A stretch of 64,000 nt of DNA from a virus. Below the pieces are notes generated by a model. That model had not been told where the DNA came from. It saw only the letters and a program-made list of their open reading frames with translations, and did no database searches. The stretch spans positions 108,111-172,110 of the IMG/VR virus record IMGVR_UViG_3300035070_002905. One strand, given 5' to 3'. Every line of letters begins with the position of its first letter. Position 1 is the stretch's first letter. Positions 37,816-46,963 of this stretch are shown here, in pieces. A program made the translations under genes and the position numbers.

Positions 37816-39645
37816 TTAATATCTGCCGCCTTTGCCATCGCCGAAGTTTCCGCCCATGACGTATGCTGCAATTGGATCAGTAGATGAGATTTCAGATTCG
37901 CGGCCCATGACTACAGATTCTTTCAGGTTACGTACCTGATTACCAGTAGCAAGACGAGAGATCCAGTTTTCATCTAGATGTTTAACTGAGTTTAGACCAG
38001 GTACGAGAGGCTTAACGGATAGATTAGTCTTACTGACTTTAACCTTATCAACGCCTTTAAGCTCTAGCTCGTCTATGTGGTTTTGATCTAGCACAGTACC
38101 AGGAGTCATATATAAGACACCGTGTGATAGCATGCGACCTAGCGCAGCACTCAACGGTAGCTCTTCGACGTCCTCTTGAAGTTCTTTTTGTAGAACGTTA
38201 ACGTTAACCTTCTGGCCTGGCAGGTATCCAGTATCTCCTGGATTCTCTACTAGGACATGCTTAACCATGTTCTTAGCGATCAGATCATAGTGACGCGTGT
38301 CGAGTTTATTACCTGCACCCTCGTAGATTTCACGTAGGGTATTAGTAATGTGCTTACGACCGGCGCCGGTTCCGCGTAGTTCTACTAGTTCACGAGGGTT
38401 AATCGTACCGGTAGATAGAGCGTCGCCTTGCTTGACCTGTTGACCCATCTTAACTAGAACTTCCTGCTCACGAGGAACGAAGTGTTCTTGGCCGTTGATA
38501 TAGATCTTGTGTGCATTCAGAGAGGTACGCAGAATCTCATCTACCTTACCGTTAAGGCTAGCGATGGTCGCCTTCTCTTTGAATGTACTAGGGTTAGCTA
38601 GTAGGTTACTTACTTGATCGAATGGGCTGGCACGTTTACCGGCTTTCGAGTCATGCTTCGTAGATAGGATCATCTGGGTCAATACCTCAGATGCCGATTG
38701 AGCTGCCAGTACGCCTACGTTCTCGCCTACATCTGGAACCTTAGCACGTGAATCCATGCCGTAACACTTCTGGCATACTCCGTCAGGAGCCTCACAGGTC
38801 AGCGTAGAGCGGACGGTGATGTTAGTCTTACCAGAGCTCTTAAGTTCCTTCCAGTACTCCTCGTCGATTAGATGATTAGTACCCGCCTCATAGCGGTGCA
38901 TGATCTTACCCTTGTCGCTAACCTTAGCAGAGTCACCGTTCTTAGTCCCGCAGTCGGGCTCGGTGATTACTTCATGGTATACGTTAGGAGTGATCTGCTT
39001 AAACATCGCACCAGGTTTACTAGTAGATAGCTGTGCAGATACCGTGTTACCACGACCCCAATATGACATCGCTAGTTGCTCTGCAGGACTAAGGCCCTCA
39101 GCGTACGAGCTAGTAATGGCTACAGGGATTGGCGTGCCGTCGATTCTCTTAGAGATCAGCGGTGAGCTTGTCGCCTGTTGTAATTGGTTCGGGTTACCAC
39201 GAGCCTTGGTCTTAGCCATGATCGCCGCGGTAGAGTTACGGTCTACTAGGTAGTTAAGGTTTTGATCAACCATCTTAGGCTGATACTTGTTTGTCATGTC
39301 GTTGATCATATCGTTCTTCTGCTGCTGACTTAAGTCGCCGCGAAGGTTGATCTGATCGATCTTACCTTTGAACTCTTGAAGCATCGTCTTGCGATCTTCC
39401 GAGTCATTGTAGTAATCTGCTAGTGGAGTAGAATAGCCATTAGCTGTAGCCTGACCGAAGAACTCGTTACTAAGATTAGTAATAGTATCTCCAGCTTCGC
39501 TGCCGCCGTAGGTAATAACCTTATGCATAAGGTCGTTTACTCCGCCTTTATCCAAGTGTCGAGTCACATCGTAATGCTCTTTGACGCCACTAGGAAGCAT
39601 CTTTTTTATTTTCAGCGCTCCCGCTGCGAAGACTGGTTCCGTCAC
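37816..39645 (-). CDS. rpoC: DNA-directed RNA polymerase beta-prime C-terminal half (RpoC2-like)
   Basis: ARGNPNQLQQ, SY.EGL, VITEPDCGT, RSTLTC...GVCQKCYG, GENVGVLAAQS.SE.LTQM.L.TKH (trigger loop). Confidence 0.92.
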   Translation of the reverse strand: MTEPVFAAGALKIKKMLPSGVKEHYDVTRHLDKGGVNDLMHKVITYGGSEAGDTITNLSNEFFGQATANGYSTPLADYYNDSEDRKTMLQEFKGKIDQINLRGDLSQQQKNDMINDMTNKYQPKMVDQNLNYLVDRNSTAAIMAKTKARGNPNQLQQATSSPLISKRIDGTPIPVAITSSYAEGLSPAEQLAMSYWGRGNTVSAQLSTSKPGAMFKQITPNVYHEVITEPDCGTKNGDSAKVSDKGKIMHRYEAGTNHLIDEEYWKELKSSGKTNITVRSTLTCEAPDGVCQKCYGMDSRAKVPDVGENVGVLAAQSASEVLTQMILSTKHDSKAGKRASPFDQVSNLLANPSTFKEKATIASLNGKVDEILRTSLNAHKIYINGQEHFVPREQEVLVKMGQQVKQGDALSTGTINPRELVELRGTGAGRKHITNTLREIYEGAGNKLDTRHYDLIAKNMVKHVLVENPGDTGYLPGQKVNVNVLQKELQEDVEELPLSAALGRMLSHGVLYMTPGTVLDQNHIDELELKGVDKVKVSKTNLSVKPLVPGLNSVKHLDENWISRLATGNQVRNLKESVVMGRESEISSTDPIAAYVMGGNFGDGKGGRY

Positions 39646-39871
39646 GCTTGCTCCTTATATCTCTGCCGATCTCTGCTAGTGTAGCCGAGCGCGGTGCTTT
39701 GATAGGTTCATAAGAAATTGGTTTGCCATCCCTGGCTACATAGGCCCTAGAGTCACCTTTCTTCGTATCCACAGAGTTCTGGCTCTGCTTCATAGGCATC
39801 TGGGCTGGGGTTTTAACTTTAGGTGTTTGGACTTTTGGGTTGCCCGCCCGCACCTTCTGTACTAGATCCAC
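39590..39871 (-). CDS. Small basic hypothetical protein
   Basis: AAGGAG + GTG start; overlaps both neighbours. Confidence 0.45.
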   Translation of the reverse strand: MDLVQKVRAGNPKVQTPKVKTPAQMPMKQSQNSVDTKKGDSRAYVARDGKPISYEPIKAPRSATLAEIGRDIRSKRDGTSLRSGSAENKKDAS

Positions 39872-40058
39872 TCTTCAGCTCCTTAGCCTTACGGTATAGT
39901 TTCGTCTTCAGGTATCTCTTCAAGCCTCGTTTGGTAGCTCCTTCAGAACCGATGGCTCTAATGGCTGCCTTAGGGACATCAACTGTCATCTTAGGAGGAT
40001 CGATGGTGACTTCCTCTGCCTGCTTAAACAGTCTAGCCTGCTCGGTAAGTGTACACAT
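39819..40058 (-). CDS. Small basic hypothetical protein with LFKQA motif
   Basis: GGGAG RBS; first gene after TAAAATA. Confidence 0.55.
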   Translation of the reverse strand: MCTLTEQARLFKQAEEVTIDPPKMTVDVPKAAIRAIGSEGATKRGLKRYLKTKLYRKAKELKSGSSTEGAGGQPKSPNT

Positions 40059-40085
40059 TTAATTTCTCCCATAGTTTACTAAGTA

Positions 40086-40092
40086 TATTTTA
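40086..40092 (-). promoter_or_regulatory. Putative late promoter TAAAATA
   Basis: Immediately downstream of a terminator. Confidence 0.65.
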
Positions 40093-40124
40093 AAGAAAAG
40101 GCGCCCCGAAGGACGCCTCTTTTT
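40092..40124. terminator. Intrinsic terminator (UUCG loop on minus strand)
   Basis: AGGCGTCC-TTCG-GGGCGCCTTTTCTTT. Confidence 0.8.
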
Positions 40125-40263
40125 ATCTACGTGCTGTCTGTGCCTTATCTACCGGAGTCTCACGCTCTGGTATAATAGGACTCTTTGACTTGGCCTTACC
40201 GATATTATTAGCGGCATTAGTAGAGGCGATAGCCCTCGCCTCCTCTACTAGTGGTCTCTTCAC
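40123..40263 (-). CDS. Possible 46-aa peptide coupled to RNAP stop (not in ORF track)
   Basis: GTGA start/stop overlap; frame fills the gap exactly up to the terminator; weak RBS. Confidence 0.35.
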   Translation of the reverse strand: MKRPLVEEARAIASTNAANNIGKAKSKSPIIPERETPVDKAQTARR

Positions 40264-43200
40264 TTCTTACGGATTCGGATAGGAGTGTTCTCTGAGATCT
40301 GTCCAGATTCCAGTGCAGCCATAGCCGCCTGTTCACTGTCGAAACTCATAGTCTCCTGCTCCATGTCCGGACTAGTCAAGTAAGATGATCCTAAGATCGC
40401 CTCGTGACCCGGTGCGTACATCGGAGAGCCATGCCCCATACGAGCATCGTGTAGATGGTTCTCAGGGAGTAGCTTATCCTTAGCCTCTTGAATTGCTTCA
40501 GGAGTCACCGGAGCGAACATCGACATTGCATCACCATCGTAATCGGCCGCGAAGCCAGGTAGATGGAGGATGTTCATACCGATTGTCTTACCGCTTGTCG
40601 GTACCGCTTTAAGCGCTAGGATATTCGTCTTCATCAATGTAGGTGCACGGTTGAGAATCACCGGTACTTCCTGACACATCTTGTTGAACGAAGCGCCTGC
40701 CGCCTGGTTGCGAGTCTCGTAAGCCTCTTTAGCCGATGCTGCATCGTAACCCTTCTGAGCCAGGTCACGCTTGATGTGCATCTCGTACATAGTCCATAGC
40801 TGCTCTTTAGGGATCTTAGCCTCGTTGAAGCCTACATCCGGAGCTGCGTAGATCGTACCACGACCAGAGATGTCCTGCTTCTTACTCAGAAGCTTGCTCT
40901 GGAAGAGACCGGTCTTAGGACCGCCTTCACCACCAATCTGCTTAAGCAAACCTTTAAGGCCCTGCTGCTTATGCTTATAGTTAGCCGGATCGCCTGCCGC
41001 CATGATAGCCTTAAGACCCTGATAGGTCTCAGAACGAACATCCTGCAGTGGCTGATACTCAGGTGTAACGATGTCTTTCAACTCGCCAACCTTCTCGTTA
41101 CTGATGAACGCATCTTTATACAGAGAGTTAACGTCTGCTACCGAAGCACGTCCACCCGTTACCGATACTGGACGCATCACTGGTGGAATGATCGGAATGT
41201 TACGTAGCATTACCGCTTTAGAGGGATCGTCGTAACCCTGCTTGTTAAGACCGTGTAGGTACTTCAACTTCTTAATCGCCTGGTCTTTCTTACTACGTGA
41301 AGTAATAGAGTGTACCTGACCTTTAAGATAGTCTACCTCGGCAGTCGTATCGATGTCCGCTAGCATTTGACTGAATGCCTCGCCGCCTACGATCATCTCA
41401 CCGTTCTCAGCCTGCTTAGTGAAGTCAGGGATAGAGCTAACGTTTACCTGACGAACAACCTCTTCGCTATCAGAATCGATCAAGTCGAATATACCAGTAG
41501 CCTTGCGCTTAACGCCAAACTTACCAGAGATCAGACCGTCGTATTCCTTCTGCTTAAGATCGAGCATTGAACGTACAGGATCCTCGAAGACTGGGTTAAC
41601 TGTAGGCTCTGCCAGCTTCATATGAGACCACTTCTGACCGTCAGGTCCACCGGTGATACTCGTATCGAATAGGCCGCCCTTCTCAGGACGTGCATCCTTA
41701 CCGTAAACCATCTTAGCATTCTGGATCTCTCCGTTAGAACGTTTAAGGATTGACTCATCGGTCAGAGGAGAAAGACTAAGCTTACCGTTACGGTGACTCA
41801 CGTCGATGCCTGAACCTACTAGGTAATCGAAGAACTTGTTCGTAGCGAATGTAGTCTTAGGCTTCGGAAGCGGTAGACCTCGTACGTACTTGTCCCAGTA
41901 TTCATTCTGATCTGTTAGCGCGCCACCTTCAGATTTAATGGTACCGATTTCCTTCAGGTTCTTACGAGCGTTCGAGCCTAGTAAGCCTAGGAACTCCATG
42001 TAACCTACTGATTTAGCACCTTCTTCACCACCTTTAGTTGGCTGACCGACGTTATCGTAGCCGCCTACCGAACGAGCCGAGTAGTTAGCGTCAACCGTCT
42101 TGTCTAGCTTAAGGATGTACTGTGGTCCAGCTAGTACGTTAGCACCGATAGTCTTACCGGTCTGCGGATCGTAGATCTCCTCGGTATCGCTCAGGCCATG
42201 CTTGGCAAGGTCATCACGAATCTTCGCAAGGTTATCCTTCTCACCGTAGTTCTGTACCATGTACGGCTGTCCGGTCTTCTTAGCGATCTTACTAGCTGCA
42301 GTCTCAAGGACCTGGCCTAGGTTGATACGCGAAGTTACCGACGCAGGGTTAAGTAGAAGGTCTACTGCTTTACCAGTCTCCTTACTATGTGGCATCTCGT
42401 GATCGTCTAGGATCAGCGATACAACACCCTTGTTGCCGTGCAGTCCAGTAATCTTATCACCCATCTCAAGGTTCTTCTCAGAACGAATGATTACGCGGAT
42501 ATTCTTACCAGAGTGGTCTACATCTACAATCTCTCCAGCCTCGTGGTGATCCCATACAATCGAAGCATCACGATACGGACTTACCAGAGTCTTATGCAGA
42601 CGTCCCAGTACTTTATCCGTATCAGACTGTTGGCGCTCCTCCATGATAGGCCAGATTAGATCGCCATGACTTAGCTTACGGCCTTTAGTAGGCTTGCCGT
42701 CCATTGCGAATCCATTAAGCTGTTCAGGCTTGTACTTACGACCGAAGTTCGCACGGAACTTAGCGGCATCTAGTACTGTTTCTTTACCGGTCTGGTAGTC
42801 AAACTTATAGCAGTGGTTACTGGTCATAGACTCGGCAGCCGACTTACTGATGATGATACCATCCTCGTGGTTAAAGCCTTTGTACGGGATGTATGCTGCG
42901 TGCAGGTTCTTACCTAGAGCAAGACTTCCGTCTTTAGTATAGTTATTATCTGCTACTACATCGCCAGGTTTAACTCGATCGCCGATCTGTAGATGACTCT
43001 CAGAGTCATCGTGGAAGCCCTTCATGTTAAACGGCATGTTATCTACCAGCTTAATCGTATGGTCTTCCTTAGTACCATCCTCGCGGATTGTAATCGACTT
43101 AGGAGTCTTACCGACTACCGTGCCTTCTACTGGGCTCTGACTTGAGAATACTCCAGCCATACGAGTGCCGTAAGAAGTACCAGTATGATCGACCGTCTGT

Positions 43201-44822
43201 ACTAGCGGCTGCTCACGTTCCTTCAGGCTTAGAGACTGAGGGATTGCCTTACCTGCCATCGTTAGACGACCGGGGTGGTTACTGTTAAAGAACGGCACAA
43301 GGTTAGTCGTTACCGTGTACATATCAGAACCTGCTGGAATCCAGTAGTCTACCTGTGCACGAGGCACCTCGGCGAACTTACCGTTACGCTGGGCCTGTAC
43401 TGTAGGAGCATCAGACTTAAGGCCGTCCGAGAAGCCTACCGTAGAGTTCATCATCTCGTTAGACGATAGGTAGTGTTCGACACCCTTACTATCTAGTACA
43501 CGAGCGTACATGTTACCCTCTTCATCACGACGTGAAGTCATGGTGAAACGCTGGTCGATACCAGCCATGCCAGATTCCGGTGTACGTGATGGATCAAGGA
43601 TACCTAGATGCGAAGGATCGACGTTACGAGCCTCGTCTGGAACACCTTGAGCCGATGCGATACCGCCGTAGCCCTGACCTAGGATTGTAGCCTTACCAAC
43701 GTTCTCAATGCTCTCTACCGGGTTTGTTTCCGTCGGTGTTGATGCCAGTGAGCTGTTGATGATGAAATTAGTGTATACCTTGTTAAAAGGCTTGGCTCCA
43801 AGTACTCCTCGAATCTTAGGGTTATTCTTGTCCACGCGGCCAAGAGCACGCTGTACATTCTTGAGGGTACCTGTAACATTCGCATTACCTTTACTGAAGT
43901 GGCTGCCGATGAAGTCCGGAAGGTTCTGCACCTTCTTGAACTGCAGGCTATCACGGTTATCTTCCTGACGTTCACCACGGCTGATATCAACCAGGTTCTT
44001 ACAGGCACGCATGATGGTCTCTGCCTCTACATGGCCGAACGACTTACCTAGGGTAGTCTCGGTAGTAGATGCATCAAGGCTAGAGCTCTCTAAGGCCTCG
44101 CGAAGGATACGAGCCTTCTCGTCGACCGGTAGACTCTTATCCTGCAGACGCTTGTTAACCATCTTACCGTATAGGTTAGTGATTACCTTGTTCTCCATAC
44201 CCTTAGATGCTTTGATGTTAACTGTAAGCAGGTCCTGAGGAATGAAGCGCGACATGTCTGCAAGGTTCATCTTGAAGACTTCAGTCAGTACTGGGATTAG
44301 CGGTACGCCGGCAGACTTAGCGCCACCTGCACGTACGTTGAAGACCTCTGTTTCAGGGTCTAGAACGATACTAAAATTCGCACCCGAGCCGGTGTTAAAG
44401 GAGGATTCCAGTTCGTCGTTATCGCGAGAGCGAGTATATACTCCAGGCTTAAGCACAATGAGGTTAGCGACATTGTAGTTGTTCCCTCTATAGATTGCAG
44501 TATGCTTACCCGTCATAGAGTAAGTGTCTGCTAGTTGAAAGTTCTTCACGGTATCGACGAGATCGCCGGTCTTCTTATCGTACATCTTAACGGTACCCTT
44601 AACCGGGTACGTTAGAGATTTACCTTTAAGAATTGCCTGCTTCTCATCCTCGTGGTCGAAGTGCTTCTTGTCTGCGTAGACATCTTCCACTTCGATTCGG
44701 TAATTGTTATCCTCAATAGGAAACGTTGAAGAAATCCCTTTGATCATCGCGTTGTCAGTCTTCTCATTGATATCATGAGGGGATGTAAACAGCGGGATTA
44801 GTTCATCAGCCTTCTTTGGCAT
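40260..44822 (-). CDS. rpoBC: DNA-directed RNA polymerase: beta fused to N-terminal half of beta-prime (1520 aa)
   Basis: Beta motifs TPES, GFNHEDG, GDK..GLHGNKGV, LNP..V.SRINLGQ, YILKL; beta-prime motifs GLF, IPP.MRP, SGR, LNRAPTL and catalytic ADYDGD. Confidence 0.93.
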   Translation of the reverse strand: MPKKADELIPLFTSPHDINEKTDNAMIKGISSTFPIEDNNYRIEVEDVYADKKHFDHEDEKQAILKGKSLTYPVKGTVKMYDKKTGDLVDTVKNFQLADTYSMTGKHTAIYRGNNYNVANLIVLKPGVYTRSRDNDELESSFNTGSGANFSIVLDPETEVFNVRAGGAKSAGVPLIPVLTEVFKMNLADMSRFIPQDLLTVNIKASKGMENKVITNLYGKMVNKRLQDKSLPVDEKARILREALESSSLDASTTETTLGKSFGHVEAETIMRACKNLVDISRGERQEDNRDSLQFKKVQNLPDFIGSHFSKGNANVTGTLKNVQRALGRVDKNNPKIRGVLGAKPFNKVYTNFIINSSLASTPTETNPVESIENVGKATILGQGYGGIASAQGVPDEARNVDPSHLGILDPSRTPESGMAGIDQRFTMTSRRDEEGNMYARVLDSKGVEHYLSSNEMMNSTVGFSDGLKSDAPTVQAQRNGKFAEVPRAQVDYWIPAGSDMYTVTTNLVPFFNSNHPGRLTMAGKAIPQSLSLKEREQPLVQTVDHTGTSYGTRMAGVFSSQSPVEGTVVGKTPKSITIREDGTKEDHTIKLVDNMPFNMKGFHDDSESHLQIGDRVKPGDVVADNNYTKDGSLALGKNLHAAYIPYKGFNHEDGIIISKSAAESMTSNHCYKFDYQTGKETVLDAAKFRANFGRKYKPEQLNGFAMDGKPTKGRKLSHGDLIWPIMEERQQSDTDKVLGRLHKTLVSPYRDASIVWDHHEAGEIVDVDHSGKNIRVIIRSEKNLEMGDKITGLHGNKGVVSLILDDHEMPHSKETGKAVDLLLNPASVTSRINLGQVLETAASKIAKKTGQPYMVQNYGEKDNLAKIRDDLAKHGLSDTEEIYDPQTGKTIGANVLAGPQYILKLDKTVDANYSARSVGGYDNVGQPTKGGEEGAKSVGYMEFLGLLGSNARKNLKEIGTIKSEGGALTDQNEYWDKYVRGLPLPKPKTTFATNKFFDYLVGSGIDVSHRNGKLSLSPLTDESILKRSNGEIQNAKMVYGKDARPEKGGLFDTSITGGPDGQKWSHMKLAEPTVNPVFEDPVRSMLDLKQKEYDGLISGKFGVKRKATGIFDLIDSDSEEVVRQVNVSSIPDFTKQAENGEMIVGGEAFSQMLADIDTTAEVDYLKGQVHSITSRSKKDQAIKKLKYLHGLNKQGYDDPSKAVMLRNIPIIPPVMRPVSVTGGRASVADVNSLYKDAFISNEKVGELKDIVTPEYQPLQDVRSETYQGLKAIMAAGDPANYKHKQQGLKGLLKQIGGEGGPKTGLFQSKLLSKKQDISGRGTIYAAPDVGFNEAKIPKEQLWTMYEMHIKRDLAQKGYDAASAKEAYETRNQAAGASFNKMCQEVPVILNRAPTLMKTNILALKAVPTSGKTIGMNILHLPGFAADYDGDAMSMFAPVTPEAIQEAKDKLLPENHLHDARMGHGSPMYAPGHEAILGSSYLTSPDMEQETMSFDSEQAAMAALESGQISENTPIRIRKK

Positions 44823-44823
44823 C

Positions 44824-45123
44824 TTACTCTCCTTGACGTTCTAAATATGTAACTACTACTGTATAAACTCCAGTCGCCGTACTAATAGAATCCTTACGCT
44901 CCAAGATCATTACCTCCTGGTCTGCACTGACCGAGCGGTTAAGCAGGGTCTCGTACGCAGTGATATCGTCGCTTCCCTCGGCACTGTTAGACAGCGTGAA
45001 GAAACCGATACGATATCGGTAGTTAGTCAGGTCTGGACCGCCTTGATTATTAGCCGGCAGCATCTCTGGAGATGCAGGCCCTTGGTTTTTCTCATTAAAC
45101 AGATCCATTACGTGACTCCTCAA
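44824..45123 (-). CDS. Hypothetical protein between portal and RNAP
   Basis: Co-oriented and tightly packed; start may be the MDLF ATG at 45108. Confidence 0.55.
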   Translation of the reverse strand: MRSHVMDLFNEKNQGPASPEMLPANNQGGPDLTNYRYRIGFFTLSNSAEGSDDITAYETLLNRSVSADQEVMILERKDSISTATGVYTVVVTYLERQGE

Positions 45124-46918
45124 AGATTCTCTGTTGTGCCGTACGTGAGCGACGGCGTGTTGGTTTTGGTTTCGGTGCTACCGATGCGGCCTTCTGCATA
45201 CCGGCCTGAGGATCTTCCTCTACCTCGTCTGCTCCGCCCATGTATTGCTGGATGATAGTCATAACGTGGTCGTACTTCGCCTCGTCTTCGGCCTGTAGGG
45301 CCATAACCATTTCCATACGTTTCTGTTCGTCAGGCTCTTGAAGAATCGCCTGCGCTTTAGTCATGACATCTTGACGGTAATCGTTATAGCCGGACTCGTC
45401 CTCGCCATCAGATACCTCGTCTTTGTGAGCCATGTAGACTGCCTGTTCCATCTTGTACTTCATGCGTACTGATTCTTCAGCCTTATCGATCTGCTCTTGG
45501 ACAATCTTCTCGCTCTCCTTCTCGGGATCGATGTCGCATGTCTCGAGCAGGGTCTTGCCGCTGATTAGGCTAGCCTGATGTAGCTGTAGGTACATGTTCT
45601 TCAGTGCATCGTTATCGGTCAACTGGTATGGCACCAGGCTAACATCGGCTTCTTCTAGGCCTAGGTAGTTAGCGATCTGATCGACGATCCAAGTAAGATA
45701 GCGTTTAATCTTACGGTTGTACTGGTTCATGTTGTTCTCTAGTAGACGTAGGCCTACCGTAGAGCTCGTCCAGTTAGTCGTACCGCTCAATAGCTCACGG
45801 CTCACGCCCATTGCCATTAGCAGCTGCTCTTCAGCGAATTGCAGTTCCTGTGTAACCAGTAGAGATTTACCCTGACCGCCTACGTAAGCTGTACCGATCG
45901 GCACTGGACTTAGTAGTACATGGTTAGGATCCTGCTTGAATCGCTGCAGGCTTGACTTCACGTTAGTCGTGAAGTTATTCATACTCATCATCGATACCGG
46001 GTCGCCGGCAGAAGAACTCTGTTGCGGGTACAATACGCGCATCGGGTTCATATGCTCCAGGGCAATCGCCTCGTTAGCCTTCTTCAGACACTGCATGTAG
46101 AATACAGTCGAGTAGTGAGATAGTAGCGGCGGAACACCGAATCCCTCGATGAAGTCACCCATTGTAAGGCTCTTCATGTGGTGGATGGCGCCAGGCGCAA
46201 ACTTAAATTCTTTCTGTGTGCGTACAGCCTCTACGAATTCCCATGGTACAGTCGTCAGGAAGTGCGGGTCACCGATTAGGATCTTACGCTTGACGTCGCC
46301 AGGGATGTTGTAGAAGTACTCTGTATCGCCGGTAATAGGGTTATCATTGATGGAGATGTTATCCGGCTTCCACTTAATGATATTGATACGGTTTACATCT
46401 TTACTCTTCGTATCGATGCGCTTGTATATTACCTTCTGTGAACATCCAGGACATTCTCCACTGAACTGAAACTTCTTCCAGATCGCGTACTTGCCGTCCA
46501 GCGCCTTGCGGCTGTTGTAGCTAGTCTTACACGAAGGGCACTCTAGCATACGATCGATAGGAAAGTAGATAGAGGTGAAGCTGTTTCCGTAAGCATGGTA
46601 ATCGAAGCCACCGTCTGACATCTTCTCGATTAGCTTAACCGATTCGAATATCTCTTCGTACTTCTCACGGAGTTGTTTCTTCGGAGAACTCACGGTTACT
46701 TCAGTGATCGGATAGGTCGCTAGCTTACGTAGTACCTCAGCACTAGTAGGAGACTTAACGATGATGAATCGCGTCCACTTAAGAAGGTCGTGAAAACTAC
46801 GCGGGAGGAACTGACTGGATACGTCGTACGCAGGGTTCGCGTAAGTACCTAAGTCATATCGTCCGTAGTAGCCACCAGGTGTAATTGTTGGGCTAGTCCC
46901 AATCTGACCAATAGCCAT
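45095..46918 (-). CDS. Portal protein (with CxxC...CxxC insertion)
   Basis: 607 aa; first gene of head operon; DY..YGNSF, HH.K......FGVPPL, GVSRELL.G pattern; acidic C-terminus. Confidence 0.7.
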   Translation of the reverse strand: MAIGQIGTSPTITPGGYYGRYDLGTYANPAYDVSSQFLPRSFHDLLKWTRFIIVKSPTSAEVLRKLATYPITEVTVSSPKKQLREKYEEIFESVKLIEKMSDGGFDYHAYGNSFTSIYFPIDRMLECPSCKTSYNSRKALDGKYAIWKKFQFSGECPGCSQKVIYKRIDTKSKDVNRINIIKWKPDNISINDNPITGDTEYFYNIPGDVKRKILIGDPHFLTTVPWEFVEAVRTQKEFKFAPGAIHHMKSLTMGDFIEGFGVPPLLSHYSTVFYMQCLKKANEAIALEHMNPMRVLYPQQSSSAGDPVSMMSMNNFTTNVKSSLQRFKQDPNHVLLSPVPIGTAYVGGQGKSLLVTQELQFAEEQLLMAMGVSRELLSGTTNWTSSTVGLRLLENNMNQYNRKIKRYLTWIVDQIANYLGLEEADVSLVPYQLTDNDALKNMYLQLHQASLISGKTLLETCDIDPEKESEKIVQEQIDKAEESVRMKYKMEQAVYMAHKDEVSDGEDESGYNDYRQDVMTKAQAILQEPDEQKRMEMVMALQAEDEAKYDHVMTIIQQYMGGADEVEEDPQAGMQKAASVAPKPKPTRRRSRTAQQRIFEESRNGSV

Positions 46919-46963
46919 GTAAGTTCCTCTTTGATTTGTTATGATGATTTTAGCTCGTAATAG

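Noticed and set aside
39590-40058. Frameshift joining the overlapping 79-aa, 93-aa and RpoC-like ORFs
   Set aside because: Each downstream ORF has its own AAGGAG + GTG start, and no slippery heptamer was seen.
37816-44822. Bacterial chromosomal rpoBC locus
   Set aside because: Embedded among portal, protease and capsid genes, with no ribosomal protein neighbours and many universally conserved residues changed; phage-encoded.
1054-45255. Numerous 60-150 aa + strand ORFs antisense to structural genes
   Set aside because: Shadow ORFs fully overlapping well-supported minus-strand genes, with no RBS or recognisable motifs.
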